64,000 bases of DNA from Psilocybe cubensis (taxonomy: Eukaryota): positions 1,736,001 through 1,800,000 of the forward strand of contig CM039005.1 of NCBI GenBank assembly GCA_017499595.2, in the 5' to 3' direction. The notes below the pieces were generated by a model that saw only the letters and a program-made list of their open reading frames with translations, had not been told where the DNA came from and did not search any database. A program made the translations under genes and the position numbers. This document shows, one piece after another, positions 13,122 through 25,881 of this stretch (position 1 is its first letter; the number at the start of each line of letters is the position of its first letter).

Positions 13122-13717
13122 TAAGATTGGGCTCATCAGGAACCAGCACCCCCTTAGGTAAGCAAAAGTTGGCTTACCTCCGAACCTTTTCAACCCTTCT
13201 GCACTCACACTATTCTACATTTTTGAACCACAGATATGTAGGTTATGCTTCTTTGAACACATCTGTGGTTTTTTTTTTCAAAAAAATTTTGATCTCAAGA
13301 AGTTATAAAGATTTTAATTTTTTTCCTTTTTTTTTAGTCTAACACGTCAGAAATGGTGTTTTCTCGAGTTTGGGAGATTTTCGAAAATTTGACAATGTTC
13401 TTTTGGCCGCTTATATAATGGTACACGTGACCACACGTGACAATAAGTCACGCCTAAGTAATACCTCTCAGACTCATTATGGACTTCCAGAGACTACAAT
13501 TTGACCTCTGAGGTGTAATTCTATTATTGTGGGCATAAAGGCTAGTAGTAAGGATTGTATATGCACATTTATGAATTTTTTTTTTTTAAACTTTTTGTCT
13601 GAAACCATTTTCCGTCAACATAACTTTTGATTTTTTTTTCGAGCTGGATTTTGGCCGCTCTTGGCGCCAAGCCCATTGATTACGTAAGGGTGCTGGTTTC
13701 TGATGAGCCCAATCTTA
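13122..13717. mobile_element. MITE-like non-autonomous DNA transposon (~0.6 kb)
   Basis: The left end taagattgggctcatcaggaaccagcaccc matches the reverse complement of the right end gggtgctggtttctgatgagcccaatctta at 29 of 30 positions. The outermost TA may be the target-site duplication. The interior is AT-rich and non-coding. Confidence 0.8.
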
Positions 13718-14288
13718 CCACCACTGCCATGCCTTCAAGGAATTCTTACAAGGTTTTGTCACACAACGAGTTTGAAAACTTCAAAAACGCGCCACAATGT
13801 CGAACATGTGTGGAATAACCAAAAGTTTGTCAAAGAATTGGCTTCGTATGCACCGTGACTAGACCTCGCCTTACCTTCGCTCCAACTTACAAACGTCAGC
13901 ATCATGCGCGGAGCCACCATCAAATTAATCATCGCTTGAGACGCAATGCGCCTCGTCTGGCGCATTGCCTGGCGGCGAACAGCCTGAGTAGGATATGATG
14001 TAACACGAGCCCGGACTCTGTTGCAAAAAACCAGCCCCCAGGCCGCAAGCATAAATAGCAATCACAACCACGGAGGCTGGGGACGTTTTTCGGAGTTCAT
14101 TGTCCGCAGTCATCGCCCCATTCCAGAGGGGATTCGACTCCTTAGTAGTCTCCCCTTTCTACTCGATATATGACTGTCTAGCTTACATTAGGAGGTTCAG
14201 GTTCGTGTTGTCTTGTTCGTTCAAGTTCTCCTATCGCTTCCAGGTCGCTTATAACCTTCGACAGATTAGATCACATTCCTACATCATC

Positions 14289-14543
14289 ATGAAGTTGCAC
14301 CTCACAACGATTCTCACGATGTCTTCACTGGCAATGGCCTCATCTGTATTGCCTAAAGACAGAGTCAACTCGAACTTCGTCGAGCCTGTCACGCCGTCAA
14401 GTGTACCAGAACAACCTTCGATATGGAGATGGCCAATTCTACTGTCAGCAGCTGGCAACCAAGTCGGCCGCGATGTTGAGAGCTCAAGACACGATACTAC
14501 TCCATCTCGACGCTTTATCCGACGACGCCGCGTGCACCCGTGA
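14289..14543 (+). CDS. Putative small secreted protein (84 aa)
   Basis: Signal-peptide-like start MKLHLTTILTMSSLAMASS and a basic C-terminus (RRFIRRRRVHP). TATAA lies about 40 nt upstream. No recognised family. Confidence 0.45.
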   Translation: MKLHLTTILTMSSLAMASSVLPKDRVNSNFVEPVTPSSVPEQPSIWRWPILLSAAGNQVGRDVESSRHDTTPSRRFIRRRRVHP

Positions 14544-15156
14544 TGTTTGTCTCCTTTGCTTCAATTTATACGTTCACATGCCACGGAGTGAGTGTCGGTA
14601 CATCTCTTTAACAGGGCGCGTTTGCCTGACCACGATTTTCAGCTCTTTCACTTTCCTTCTTTTAGGTTCTTTACATACCACCACATGCATTTATGGACTT
14701 TTGCAAACAAATTCACTCACTCAACGACACACCTATCCTTTAGACCGTCACATTATATAATGGACATTTATTTCGGATGATTAACCATTTCTGTATTTAG
14801 ACTTTGTAGAGTGAATGGAGGGTATTTACATGAAATTAAATTGCCCTAGCTCCAAGTTTAATGATATGTTCATGATTTGCTAGATTTTCAACATCTTGCA
14901 ATTTGAAGCGTTATTAAGACAAGTAGTCATTAAATTAATAGTAACGTATTCCTTCAATCTGTGTATCATATACGATGGCAAGAGTTATAACAAGGGTATA
15001 TACAACAATGAATAGCAGATATCTACAGGAAGCGATAGATAATAGAAGGAAGCAATAGACAGATGTGGGAGATAGGGTGTTAATAAATGAACACATAAGG
15101 GTATCAATATGTAGGGTATCAATGAACTGAAAGCGAAAAAAAGAATTATTCAAAAA

Positions 15157-18100
15157 TCATGACCTCAAAATCATACTACTGCCTGTATCCCGAAAGTAGG
15201 AGGTGGATGGCGATGGAGACGGCGGAAAGTTGGAGCCACTGCGGACGGATAGGTTGGGGCTTCCCTCCCTACTTGCAGGGTACACACCTTCCTTAGCGCT
15301 TTCCCCGATTCTTGCTTTGCGCCAGCGGTCCAGCCGTGTGAAGTCGAGTAAAATTTGTCTCCAGCGCTCAGTAATATCGATAGGAGTTTCGGGAAATTTC
15401 TGTGAACGCAAGGCTGGTAAATGAAAACTGCTGATCTATAGTTGAAAAAAGTGTTTTACGTTTAACCAATCGATAATGGCAATAATGGACCTCTTCTTTG
15501 CCCCCGAGTCACCCGTTGGAAGGCCTTCCGTCAGCCAAGGGCCGGGATGAATGGACCGCAACCTCGCAAAGATTGTTTCGCTCGGACTAGCCCTGACAAG
15601 ATGATACCGCCATTCTTTGTGTGATGGCCAAGTTCTCCAATCTTTCGAACTAAAAAGAAAGGAAAAAGGGAGAAAATCAGCTCAATGAAAATTGGATTGG
15701 GTATATTTTTGAAAGAAAAAAAACCCACATATCAGAGACGAAAGGGTCACAATGCTCTAAACAAATTTCAGCAGACTGGGTATGGTACTCCACCGGCGTG
15801 AAGCACCATTTTCCTGCTCTCTCGGGCTTGGTGAGGAATGCAAGCAGTGATGACCGGATCCCATGCATAGAGAGCAGAGTCTCCGAGATCATCAGCTGCT
15901 CCGGATACATGGGAGACGGAGGAGGCGATAGTGTTGACGGTGTTTTTGAGGCGAGATCACGGTTGATAGCAATACGGAACGGCTCATAGATCGTTATGAT
16001 TCTACCTCCGGTGACGGGTGTGTCAACTTGGAGAATTTGGGTATAGATATGAGTGCTTATGTCGGCGAGATCCTTCCGAATCCTATACTGTAAACCTCTC
16101 CGGTCGGAATGTCTTAAAGATTCATATTCCCGCTGTATCCAATCAAGAAGCCGTCGTGTAGCGGACCAAAGAAGATCGACGTTAAGAACAGGGGCTTCTT
16201 GAAGACACGTTTTGTCGTATGAGAGCATTTTCAAGCCCTGTATTAACTGGAACATAGGATGGTCACCGGAAGATACTGAATGAGATATGCTGATTGATTC
16301 CAGACATTTCCTCAAAATATTATCGAGGTATGTTAGAGGGTGACGCGACCTACCAATAGTGTCATCAGATTGCTGTTTTTCCAAAAAGAGTCGTGCTGTA
16401 CTGACCTTGAAACTTTGAGCCAATCATGGCGAAAGATCATACTGATGATCCGATAACAATCCAGTATGAGTCCACTGCTGCTGTCTTGAAAAAACGGTCC
16501 AGAGCGGCTTTTGTCGTGCAAAAAGTCCCTGAAGTGAGGGTTCAATAGCAGAACTACATCATCATTTCCAGATTTCTCCCCTCCAAGAGCAAAATGCTGA
16601 GCCCAAAAGGCGTTCTTCCATGTGTTAAAAAATTTACGGTTTTGAAAAAGTTGATTATCTTCGATGGAAAAGAGGTCACGTAGCCAATGAAACCTAATGG
16701 GCCCCATTCCTGTCGTAATTCCGGGAAGCTTTTCTAACAGCTGCTGAATATCATTGGAGGAAGAAAGGATGAACTTGTAGAAATCGTCGAGAGCAGCGCA
16801 AAATTTAATATATGTGGGTAGAACTGGAGAATCTGTGCGCTCCATGGCCTTTTGTGGGTTTAAGACACACTCTTGCGCCCAGTGAGAGTGTTCAGAATGA
16901 AAGTTAGTCGGGTTGAGAAGTTGTTGTCTGGTTTCTTCTTCTGTGGTTAGTATCTGTGGTAAACATAGTGTGAGCAGGCAGTAACAGGCAAGCACATATC
17001 AATTATTCGTACCGTGGCGAATGCCGTGACAATGCAATGTAGAGCATCAAATGCTATATCCCAGATAGGATCTCCAATAACTCTGGACGGAGGAAATACA
17101 ACATCGAACTTATTCAGGTCCTTCAGAACGTCTTCAACTATATCCACTTCGCAATTGTCGAGGTGAAGGCCCATATGATGTTTCAGATAACCCCAAGTTT
17201 CCTTCGTTGGGCAGTCTTCCTCGGCACCAGTTCTAAAAAAGATACCTCAGATCCTGAAACGAGAAAATTGCAAACGTACGCACCTCCAAGGACCTGATAT
17301 CCATTTCGTCATAAGATCAAACCCAGATTTTACAAGAGTGGCATGGGCAGTCGACAAGTCAACAAAAAACGTTTTGGATCGCTTTTCATCGAGGAGGAAA
17401 TCTTGGAATGAGGCGTGGTGAAAACGCAAACCACGAGTCTTGTCGTACTCTAGACGACGCTCGAAAACTCGTCTTTCCGTTTCGTCATCCGAAGGATTAG
17501 GAAACCTGATGACGGAGTGTAGACCATGGAGTATGTAGGCCACTCCTTCTGTCTCTGGGTCTAGGCCAAGTATATCATCGTATACTTCCGGTGGTTGCGG
17601 ACAATGGAGAGTAAGAAGAAGGCCAAAAATTCGTTTCAGAGTTTCGGGACTCGGGCACGTTTGCAAAATTTGAGTATAAAGTTCGTCCATGTTCGAGTAA
17701 ACATTTGTCGCATGTGTCGAAGCAAGCACTGTTTTCAACTGTGTGACGGGATGTGTGTTTTCCGCGCAAACAAATTTAAGTACAGTCGAAGCGTATAAAA
17801 ATTGTCCGCATGACTTTTTGACTAGATAATCAATGTCAGAAGGTGAGGGCCATTGACGTTTAACTTTTGACATTATCGTTGACTTCAGGGTCGTAATCGC
17901 GTTCAACCGTTCCTCGAGAAAGAGTCGAATGTCGCGTTCCGGATTGTATAACGAATCCAAGCCAATTTGATGCGTCCTAGGCGAGATCATGGGGTCCCCA
18001 AAGATATCCCGGATATGGGCCTCAGATCGACTTGTTATGATGAAACGTACTCGACGATCATAGGTGAGTAAGGTGTCGGTGATTGTCTTGATAATGCGCG

Positions 18101-18814
18101 TCTGAATTTCATGACTTTTACATTCGTCGAGTCCGTCGATGATAACGAAAGGAGTTGTAGAAGGTGGGGTTGACAGTTTGCTGAGGGGTTCAAAAATGAG
18201 GCTGCGAAGTTGCAATCCAGGGCGATTGGAAGAGAGATGGGGATTATTGGCCATAGCGCGATCAACATTTTTGCGCATTTCAGGATCGCAAAGACAGAGC
18301 TGATAGGCCAAGGTGGTAAAAAGGCGGCTGTCGTCATCTCGACCTGGCTTTCCTCTTGAAAAGAAGAATGTGCCCCCGAAATAACGATCCTTGGGTTCAC
18401 AACTCAAGTACAACTCTGCGATCTCCTGCATAATAGTCGACTTGCCAATCCCAGTTGCTCCGTAAATCCAGAGGACATCTTGTTGTGTTTTCTTGTCTTC
18501 AATCCATGATCTAATAGCAAGAATGATCTTTTCTCGCGTTCCTGGGTGACATCTTGCAGTCAAACCCGATGTATGAAGTGCGTCGGGGACTACGACTTTG
18601 CCCAGATTCTTGAATCCTAGAAAAAAATAAAATGTTATACACGCATCGTACAAAGATGATAATGCTCACCTTCTTCGTTCTCGTAGTTGTGAGCATGGTA
18701 GTCACCCGAAATCTCATAGCGAATGTAATCATGTCCAGCACTGACGAAATGGCTATTTTTGACTGTGACCCCTTGTGCATTCTTGAAGAAGTGGACGCCG
18801 CCATTGCCCTCCAT
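15157..18814 (-). CDS. NACHT-domain NLR-like protein, multi-exon and apparently intact
   Basis: RCHPGTRE, Walker A IYGATGIGKST, FFFSR, Walker B FVIIDGLDEC, TSRSE, GQFLYAST, HHASFQDFL. The downstream exons join in frame through GT-AG introns to ...IIDWLN/KFPETPIDITERW...stop at 15157. Confidence 0.9.
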
Positions 18815-19110
18815 AGACGACCAGAAGGTTAAGAGTAGATTTTTGTCGTCTGAAACCGCGTAGGTTTAAATGTGAACATGGTGGTGAAGCGAGGGGCGAT
18901 GCATTGTGCTGTGTCTGTCAGGCACTGTGAACTTCGAAGCTGATGGCCGTATCGTGACTGCTCACCACGGTCATCACCTCTACAAAGTTCAACCCCACAC
19001 CACCATATTTCCAACCGGGACTTTGTCACAGCCATCGTTGGATGCAGCTGCAAGCTCAATAGTGCTCATTGGTCAGGAAGACACGAGGGTTTCTTTGACG
19101 ACGTAGACAA

Positions 19111-21998
19111 ATGATGCGACCCCCCGTCTTTCCGCGTTCCAGTGTTCTCGTTCTCGGTCCCAATTCCATTCAGTCACTGGTACCATCCACTATAATATCT
19201 CAATTGGAATCGCTATTGGAAAGTCATAGGCTCGATGATTCGTATGCACTGGCAGACCAGAGAAGGAAGAAACTGGAGGAAAGTCTCGAACCTGATGAAG
19301 ATGAAGTACGTCCGGCGTTGATGGATCATAGTCACTCTTCTCGCCGTTTCTAACTATGTATTTAGGCAGAAGAACTCCGATACGTGTACCAGAGGATAGG
19401 TTTCCAATGTTTTACAGAAACTCTGTTTGAAGATGCAGGGAAACACTTGTTCAACGGGGAAATAGATCCACGATTGCTCATCAGCTATTATCCCGACCTT
19501 AGGGGCTCTTTATTCTCAGAAGACGACGCAATGGATGTTTTTGCAGGTGTAGCAGAGCATATGCCCATGGAAGGGTCGGTCGACCAGATCAGTAAGTTGT
19601 CTCTCGCCTTTACTCTTTCGATGTCTTTGCTTTTGTGTATGAAGTATTCCCTCTTATTGAATGGCTACTGTCCTTCATTGGCAAAACCAGCCCCCATTGA
19701 CATAATCCTTCTTCCCTTCGCACAATATGTTCCTGTGTTGGAACTGATATTCAGTTGTGTCGAACCTAGTCAGGAATTATTCCCCTCATCTAGCACCCGA
19801 TACCCTATCTGCACCTCCAACTGCAGAACTTAGGAAGATACTCGGCATGGCGGCAAGGGATATGTTACTCGTCTTCCTGAAGAAAAACCGCACAAGACGC
19901 AGTTTGTTGAAGGAAAATGGGGTTGGGAGCACAGGAGACCCAATCGATATTGTAAGCTCAGCATCCTCATTGTTTTTGTACTTCGAAATAATCTGACAGA
20001 GAGTCAGGCAATCGACACTGTTCTTGTCAAGCTCTACGCAGAGTTTGAAAAAACTCAAGAGTTATATGCTCTTTTGGAAGCACCTAATGATGTCGCGCTG
20101 ACTGAAGTCGAACCGGCATTACAAAGCAAGGGGCAGTACAACGCCTTATGCATCCTTTACAAGCAGCGTGGGGATGATCTGAAGGTCATTGAAGTTCTTT
20201 CGAAGTTTGTATTATTTACTTTCCATCGCTTCTCTGACTCACCAACTTTGTAACAGGCTTGTCGATGGAGAATGGTCAGACGATGATATCAAAGATCCCT
20301 TAGGGCAAATGGTCAATCTGCTGACAGAAAAGCGTGATAGAGCATTAACACAGCAATGGGGCCTATGGATAACCAAGCGCAACCCTGATATGGGATTAAA
20401 GGTTGGAAACAGCACCTTCTGCCAATTGACGTTTCTGACAACACTGGCGTAGCTTCTGATGCCACGAGACATTGGGAAGAGGCGTGAAAAACCAGAAGAA
20501 GATATTGCATTGCTGGAAGAGATCCAAAAAGCCGATCCAGCGGCTGGTGTTCAGTATCTAGAATATCTTGTGTTGCAGCGGTGGAGCACGGTCAGCTCTA
20601 TCTTATTCGAAATTGACAGCCTCCTAACCGGAACATATGCACTCCCTAGTCCCGAGAACTTCATCTGAAACTAGCATTGGCATGCGTGGATCAAGTACTT
20701 TCTTTCCTAAAAGACGATACAGTGGCAAAACTCTGGAGAGCCAAAGGTTTGGATTGAAACGTTCTGTATGTTTCTACTCTAACGTGCCACATTTATCCAC
20801 AGCGGCTTCTTATTCGTCATCACATAATCAATCTTCTTTCCTCTCTTACTTTGCATCAACAACACCAGAATCTGGACATAAACGAGCAAGGCTAAAAAAT
20901 CTTCTTTTTCTGGCGGGATCTTCTCTATATGACCCCGAGTTAGTACGTCAACGCCTGACAGAACAGGAGAAAATTCTGAAATTTGAGTTGGCTATCATCG
21001 ACGGGAAGGTAAAACTATAATTCTCCATTGACAAGTCGATTGACATCTATGACCAGCTTGGTCGACATCGATCAGCGCTCCAGATTCTTGTTCACGGACT
21101 CAATGATTCAACCTCTGCTGAAACATATTGCACGCTGGGTGGCGACATTGTTCCACCCAAGGTTGCCCAATCGATAGCGGATGATAACAATTTGCAAGAC
21201 TGGACTGCGGTCCTGTTTGGTTCACCGTCAACGAAAGCAGTTAACGGAAGAGGTGTGGGGGCAGTACCATTAACTCGTCTCAAAACTGTGAATGAAGACT
21301 TGAAGAAAGAGTTGCTTAAAATTCTTCTGGAGGTTTACATGGATGTTGGGTGAGCTTCTTCATCCGCGTTTTGGTATATTACAGTTCTAAATCAGTTTCT
21401 ATAGACAATCGGATCTTGCAGCACAGTTGCTTAATGCACAGGCGATGAATCTTGATGTCCTGGATGTGCGTGCGAAGCGTGTACATCTTTGTACAACATT
21501 TACACAGGCTTACTCCGAACACCCATCTCTGAACTTCTAGGTTATTTCAATGGTGCCTCCAAAATGGCCAGTCAATATGATGAATTCCTTCTTGTCTCGT
21601 TCTTTTCGGCGGACGTTGCACGTCCAACAAGAGGGCAAGATCATCAAAAATATCAGCGCTGGTCAGAACCTCGAGGTAAGTGCTCCACATATGAGTCCCG
21701 CATCCCCATTTCTTCCTCGTCGCCGCCACATCTTATTAATGATATGTTTATTGATACCTTCACCAAGGTGAAAGATCGTACCTGGGATATACTCCGAGAA
21801 GAAGGGGCAGTGATAGAAGAGGAAGCAGAGGACGAAGAGGGGAGTGATGAAGATGACGGACCCCAATCATTTGACGAGAAGAAAATGCTGGCAGAACAAG
21901 TTGCGATGCGCCTTGTTCCTGGCCTTGATCCTAATGTGGTCAAGAGTGCGGTCCAGAAATCCACAAGTCCAAAAATGGGCGTCGATGATCTCAGATAA
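19111..21998 (+). CDS. Vps3/TGFBRAP1 (Vam6/Vps39 family) tethering-complex subunit, C-terminal alpha-solenoid part only
   Basis: YQRIGFQCFTETLFEDAG..LFNGEIDPR, IDTVLVKLY, QYLEYLV, GRHRSALQILVH..DSTSAETYC, VPPKWPVNMMNSFL..KIIKNISAGQNLEV. No CNH domain is visible upstream, and the start codon is uncertain. Confidence 0.85.
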
Positions 21999-24587
21999 TA
22001 CATCATAGTTGTGCACACTTCTCACTGACGATGACGATGTGTTGTGTTGTATATTCAACCTATTACCCTACCACTATTTTTAATGTCTATATGATATAGA
22101 GGATACATTGCTTTCTCACCATTTTGCAAGTCAACTGCAAGCGCTTTGCAAAGCATCTTGATTTGTGGCAAATTTGTTGCATTGTGTCTTTTCTGTTTTC
22201 ATAAATTTGGGCTATAACATTAGGCTCTACATGAGGGATATGGCCCTACTTTGATAGAGAAGTCGACAAATTGAAGAAATGGTCTGGCACAGGGCCGTGA
22301 GATGTGCCAGTTTTGATGACGCATGTTTGTCAGACTTTGTTAGGGCGTCAACGTATCAGCATTCAATCTCTTTTTCACAACACCACCACCATGTCTATCC
22401 AGCTTTCTTCCCAGGCGGAATTGATGCGGTCCTAGGCTTTGCGTCTGTTGCGGTAACATCTGTTTCCTGATACATAATAAATCGGCGGCGGAAACGCACT
22501 GGTACATGCGACTTAGTTCCATAAAGCACATATATCAATCAAGTCGAATCATGTCGATTTCCAAGGTTGCATCATGTCCCTACCAACATCGCGTTACAAA
22601 GGATACGATACCTCTTTCGGGTCCATTGAAAAAGCCATTCTAACATTCCAACCCCAATATCGAATGCCGCTAATCTTCACCTTGGACTGGCTTCATCATC
22701 TGGAATCGAATCTACAACCAGGCCACGCCATGCGTAGGGTTTATGGTTCTTGCAGAGCCCACAATCTCCATGAATCTTGCTTAATCGTTCTTGGATTCTT
22801 TGCTTCGCGTTAGCGTAGTCCCTACCAGTTGCCGTTGAGGGCGAGATCCCGAAGATCATCCGGGAGCTATGACTATGATCACGACCTCGAGAATATATGC
22901 ATAGGAACGGATTAACCCAGGGAGCGACAAGATAGTTGGAAACTTGGCTTGATAAAATTCTTTGTATGCATTCCTCTGGCATTGACTACAATTGTGCGGG
23001 GTCATCTGTAATTCCTCTCTGTAGACTGTGTCCGGGGCTAGGTCGCTGGTCTATTTCATATGTACTATTCTGAAGCGCGTGGTAGTGTTGTCGGCTTCGT
23101 TTCTTTCTTTTTCCCTGACCGACCCTCACGGAATACTAATGATTGTCTTGGTGAATTTGAAGTTCGCATGGGATACATCTTAGGTGGTTTAACCCTGAGG
23201 AATTTGGACGCGAAAGTGCTGTTACAAAAATAGTGCGATAATCTTGACTTATCGTGCGTTTTCTAGCTTGAAAGGTTGAAATGCGACTGTATTGTTTTAT
23301 GCTAAAGACTCTATCAAGGACACCAATCTGATCTCAGATCCTTGAGCTTATTTGGATATACAAGCTTCTTCGCTTCAAGTTGACATCTATATGTTGGGAT
23401 ACACATTAAGCTCCCTCCCTGTCGATGCCGTTGTCAATCCCAGCCGTTTGCGGATCGTAGCCAGGTTCGCTACCAGTACCATTATCCAATTGTCGACAAT
23501 CTCTCACGGTAGAGCCTTGGAACAAAAGACTGATAGATCGCGGGAAGGACCGCGTAAACCTAGCGGAAAAACACCTCGCTTACACGGCTCAGATAACGAA
23601 ACTGTTCTTCTAAAAGCTGAATGAAAACACATCTATTCAGGCGTCAGATTTTGGTATTCAATGGGAATTTGAGATGGTGAATCATACAGGAGCTACTATT
23701 CGTTTCTTCCGAGTCTTTTCCTGTCTAACCTCGTACATTTTAGCTTCCTTTCACACGATTGACCCCACAAAGTGCTCGATGTATCCTGTCCTATTGCGGC
23801 GAGCTTCGCAAAGGAGGTCATATTGGGCAGACTGACAGAATTTCTGGGGGAATTTCTAAAACAAGGGCGTCTGATTTTGATGCTAGATCTTTGGTGCATT
23901 CTGCTGGTGGTGGGTATCAATCATGCTAGGCCGCTGTAGCTCACGGAATGCCATGTTTCTATCTCACGTCGACTACCTCTCCTGGCTACTAGTATGTCCA
24001 ATAGGTGATCACTACAATTTCCATGTTCTAACGATGTGCCTCACAACATTATGTTCCTGCGGTTGGCCCACCACCATGCCGCCTGGCTCACATTTTGTCG
24101 CATTATCTCTCTTCTTTGCAGCTTTCAATCGTTGCCGACATCCATCTGAGCTCACTGTGCGCTCCTTATTATTCCTATTGTCCCGCTTCTCACATTCAAT
24201 AATTTGAAGGATGCCTTCGTTATCTTTTCCTGAGGATTGATCACAGTCTCATCTCAGACAATCTTGCGTCAGGAGGCGCATCCGTATCTTATCAATTCAT
24301 CATCCTGTTGAATCAAGTATTTCCAATTCCACTAAACATTCTGACGTCATTTGTTATTTTTAGCTCATTGGATAAGCGCCATTGCACCTGGTACCCACCA
24401 CTCCGCTTGCCACTTCGACATTACCATTTCGCAGCGCCATGCTCCGATACTTGGATAAATACGCGTCATTTGTCTCCAACTGTGTACATACGTCGTAAGA
24501 TTCATATGGTATATAAGTGGAACAAAGCACTGATTCCCCTCCTAACATTTCAATTCAAACCACAATCAACATAATCACTACAACATC

Positions 24588-25430
24588 ATGCCTCTTTTTG
24601 GATCAAAGAACAAGCATAACGATGTTAGTACGGTTCTGCTTTTAGCTTTGACTACACTCTAACGCTCTACGTACTTAGAACACCGCCCTGAATGATACAA
24701 CTGGTGGAGGTCGTCATCACCAAGCCAACCATGGCTTCAACGACTACCCGTCTGGCGGAGCAGGCCCCAATGCAATGGGGCCAACCCATATGGGAGCCGG
24801 ACAGCCTGGATTTACTGGAGCCAACGATGTTCGTACACATCCTCTCCTCATATCCCAGACATGCCACTGACGACAATGCTGTTCAATCTCTTTAGTTCGT
24901 ACCTGCTCAACACCAACAGGCACCAGGCCACACCGGAGGATTTACTACTGGAAATCACTATGATCAAGACCCAGCCGCGTTTGGAGCGGGAGGTTTAGGC
25001 CCGACGCATGCTGCTGGAGCTCGAGGTGCTGGGATTCCCGCCACAGGCGCTGTTAACCATGGTAGCAACGCCACCGGCGGGGCGGGTCAGCGCCTGACTG
25101 GCAAAGTCGAGTCGGCGATTGGTTCTATGGTGGGTAGCAACGCGCTCAAAGCCAAGGGACTGCAGAAAGAACAGTAAGTTCAAATTCATGGCGTCCAATT
25201 CATGATATGGCAGTTAAAACTGATTCCCTTCGTGTGTTAGGGAGGCCAACTCGATTAAACTTCAAGGGCGTGAGCTCGCAGAAGCCGAGAGACTAGAACG
25301 GGAAGCGCTGATGCGCCGTGAGTGTGCTGTCGGGCACGGTGCACACCCAGCGAACTCCTCGCTAGGTGCGGGTCATGTAGGGACGGGAGGTGGCGTTGGT
25401 GGACACGCAGGAGGTGGTACGCAATTTTAA
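24588..25430 (+). CDS. Gly/His-rich hydrophilic protein with a CsbD-like segment (stress/hydrophilin-like)
   Basis: Four exons: MPLFGSKNKHND...GAGQRLTGKVESAIGSMVGSNALKAKGLQKEQEANSIKLQGRELAEAERLEREA...GGGTQF*. TATA box at about 24510. Confidence 0.8.
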
Positions 25431-25881
25431 TATCTACCCGCAATACTTTTGCGACGTGCAGGAAAGGTAGAGGATTCAAGGACCCATTTGAAGATGTATC
25501 AAATAATTTACCCCCATTTTGTATACTATATTTTTGAAATCGTGTAAATTCTACTAGTAATAGCGAACGTTAACAAACGTATTTATCGCTGCGATTGGCC
25601 TGTCTGTACATACGGCATTTTGATCTCCGAAAACACTTGGCGTTTGACTTCAAATTTTTGGACAATATGTTGAACACACAAAACTATAATGTATGTTGAT
25701 TGTGATGAAAAGTTACTTTGAAGCAAGCGACAGCAGAGAAAAGTCCATTAAGTGTAGAAATCAACTGATATGGCGACATTTACGTGTATAGGAGTGTCCA
25801 ATAACAGTTTAAACTAATGTTCGAGCTTTTCGCAACTACGGTACATATCACTTCAGCAAATAATGCCGCACACGATCTATC

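Noticed and set aside
14980-15130. Short repeated agggtatcaat/agggtat motifs
   Set aside because: The copies are few and irregularly spaced in an AT-rich 3' region. Not an array, telomeric repeat or CRISPR.
22200-24300. Coding-looking minus-strand fragments (e.g. ORF 22677-22982 and an LEIPPEIL stretch)
   Set aside because: Multiple stops and no recognisable domain. At best decayed gene remnants.
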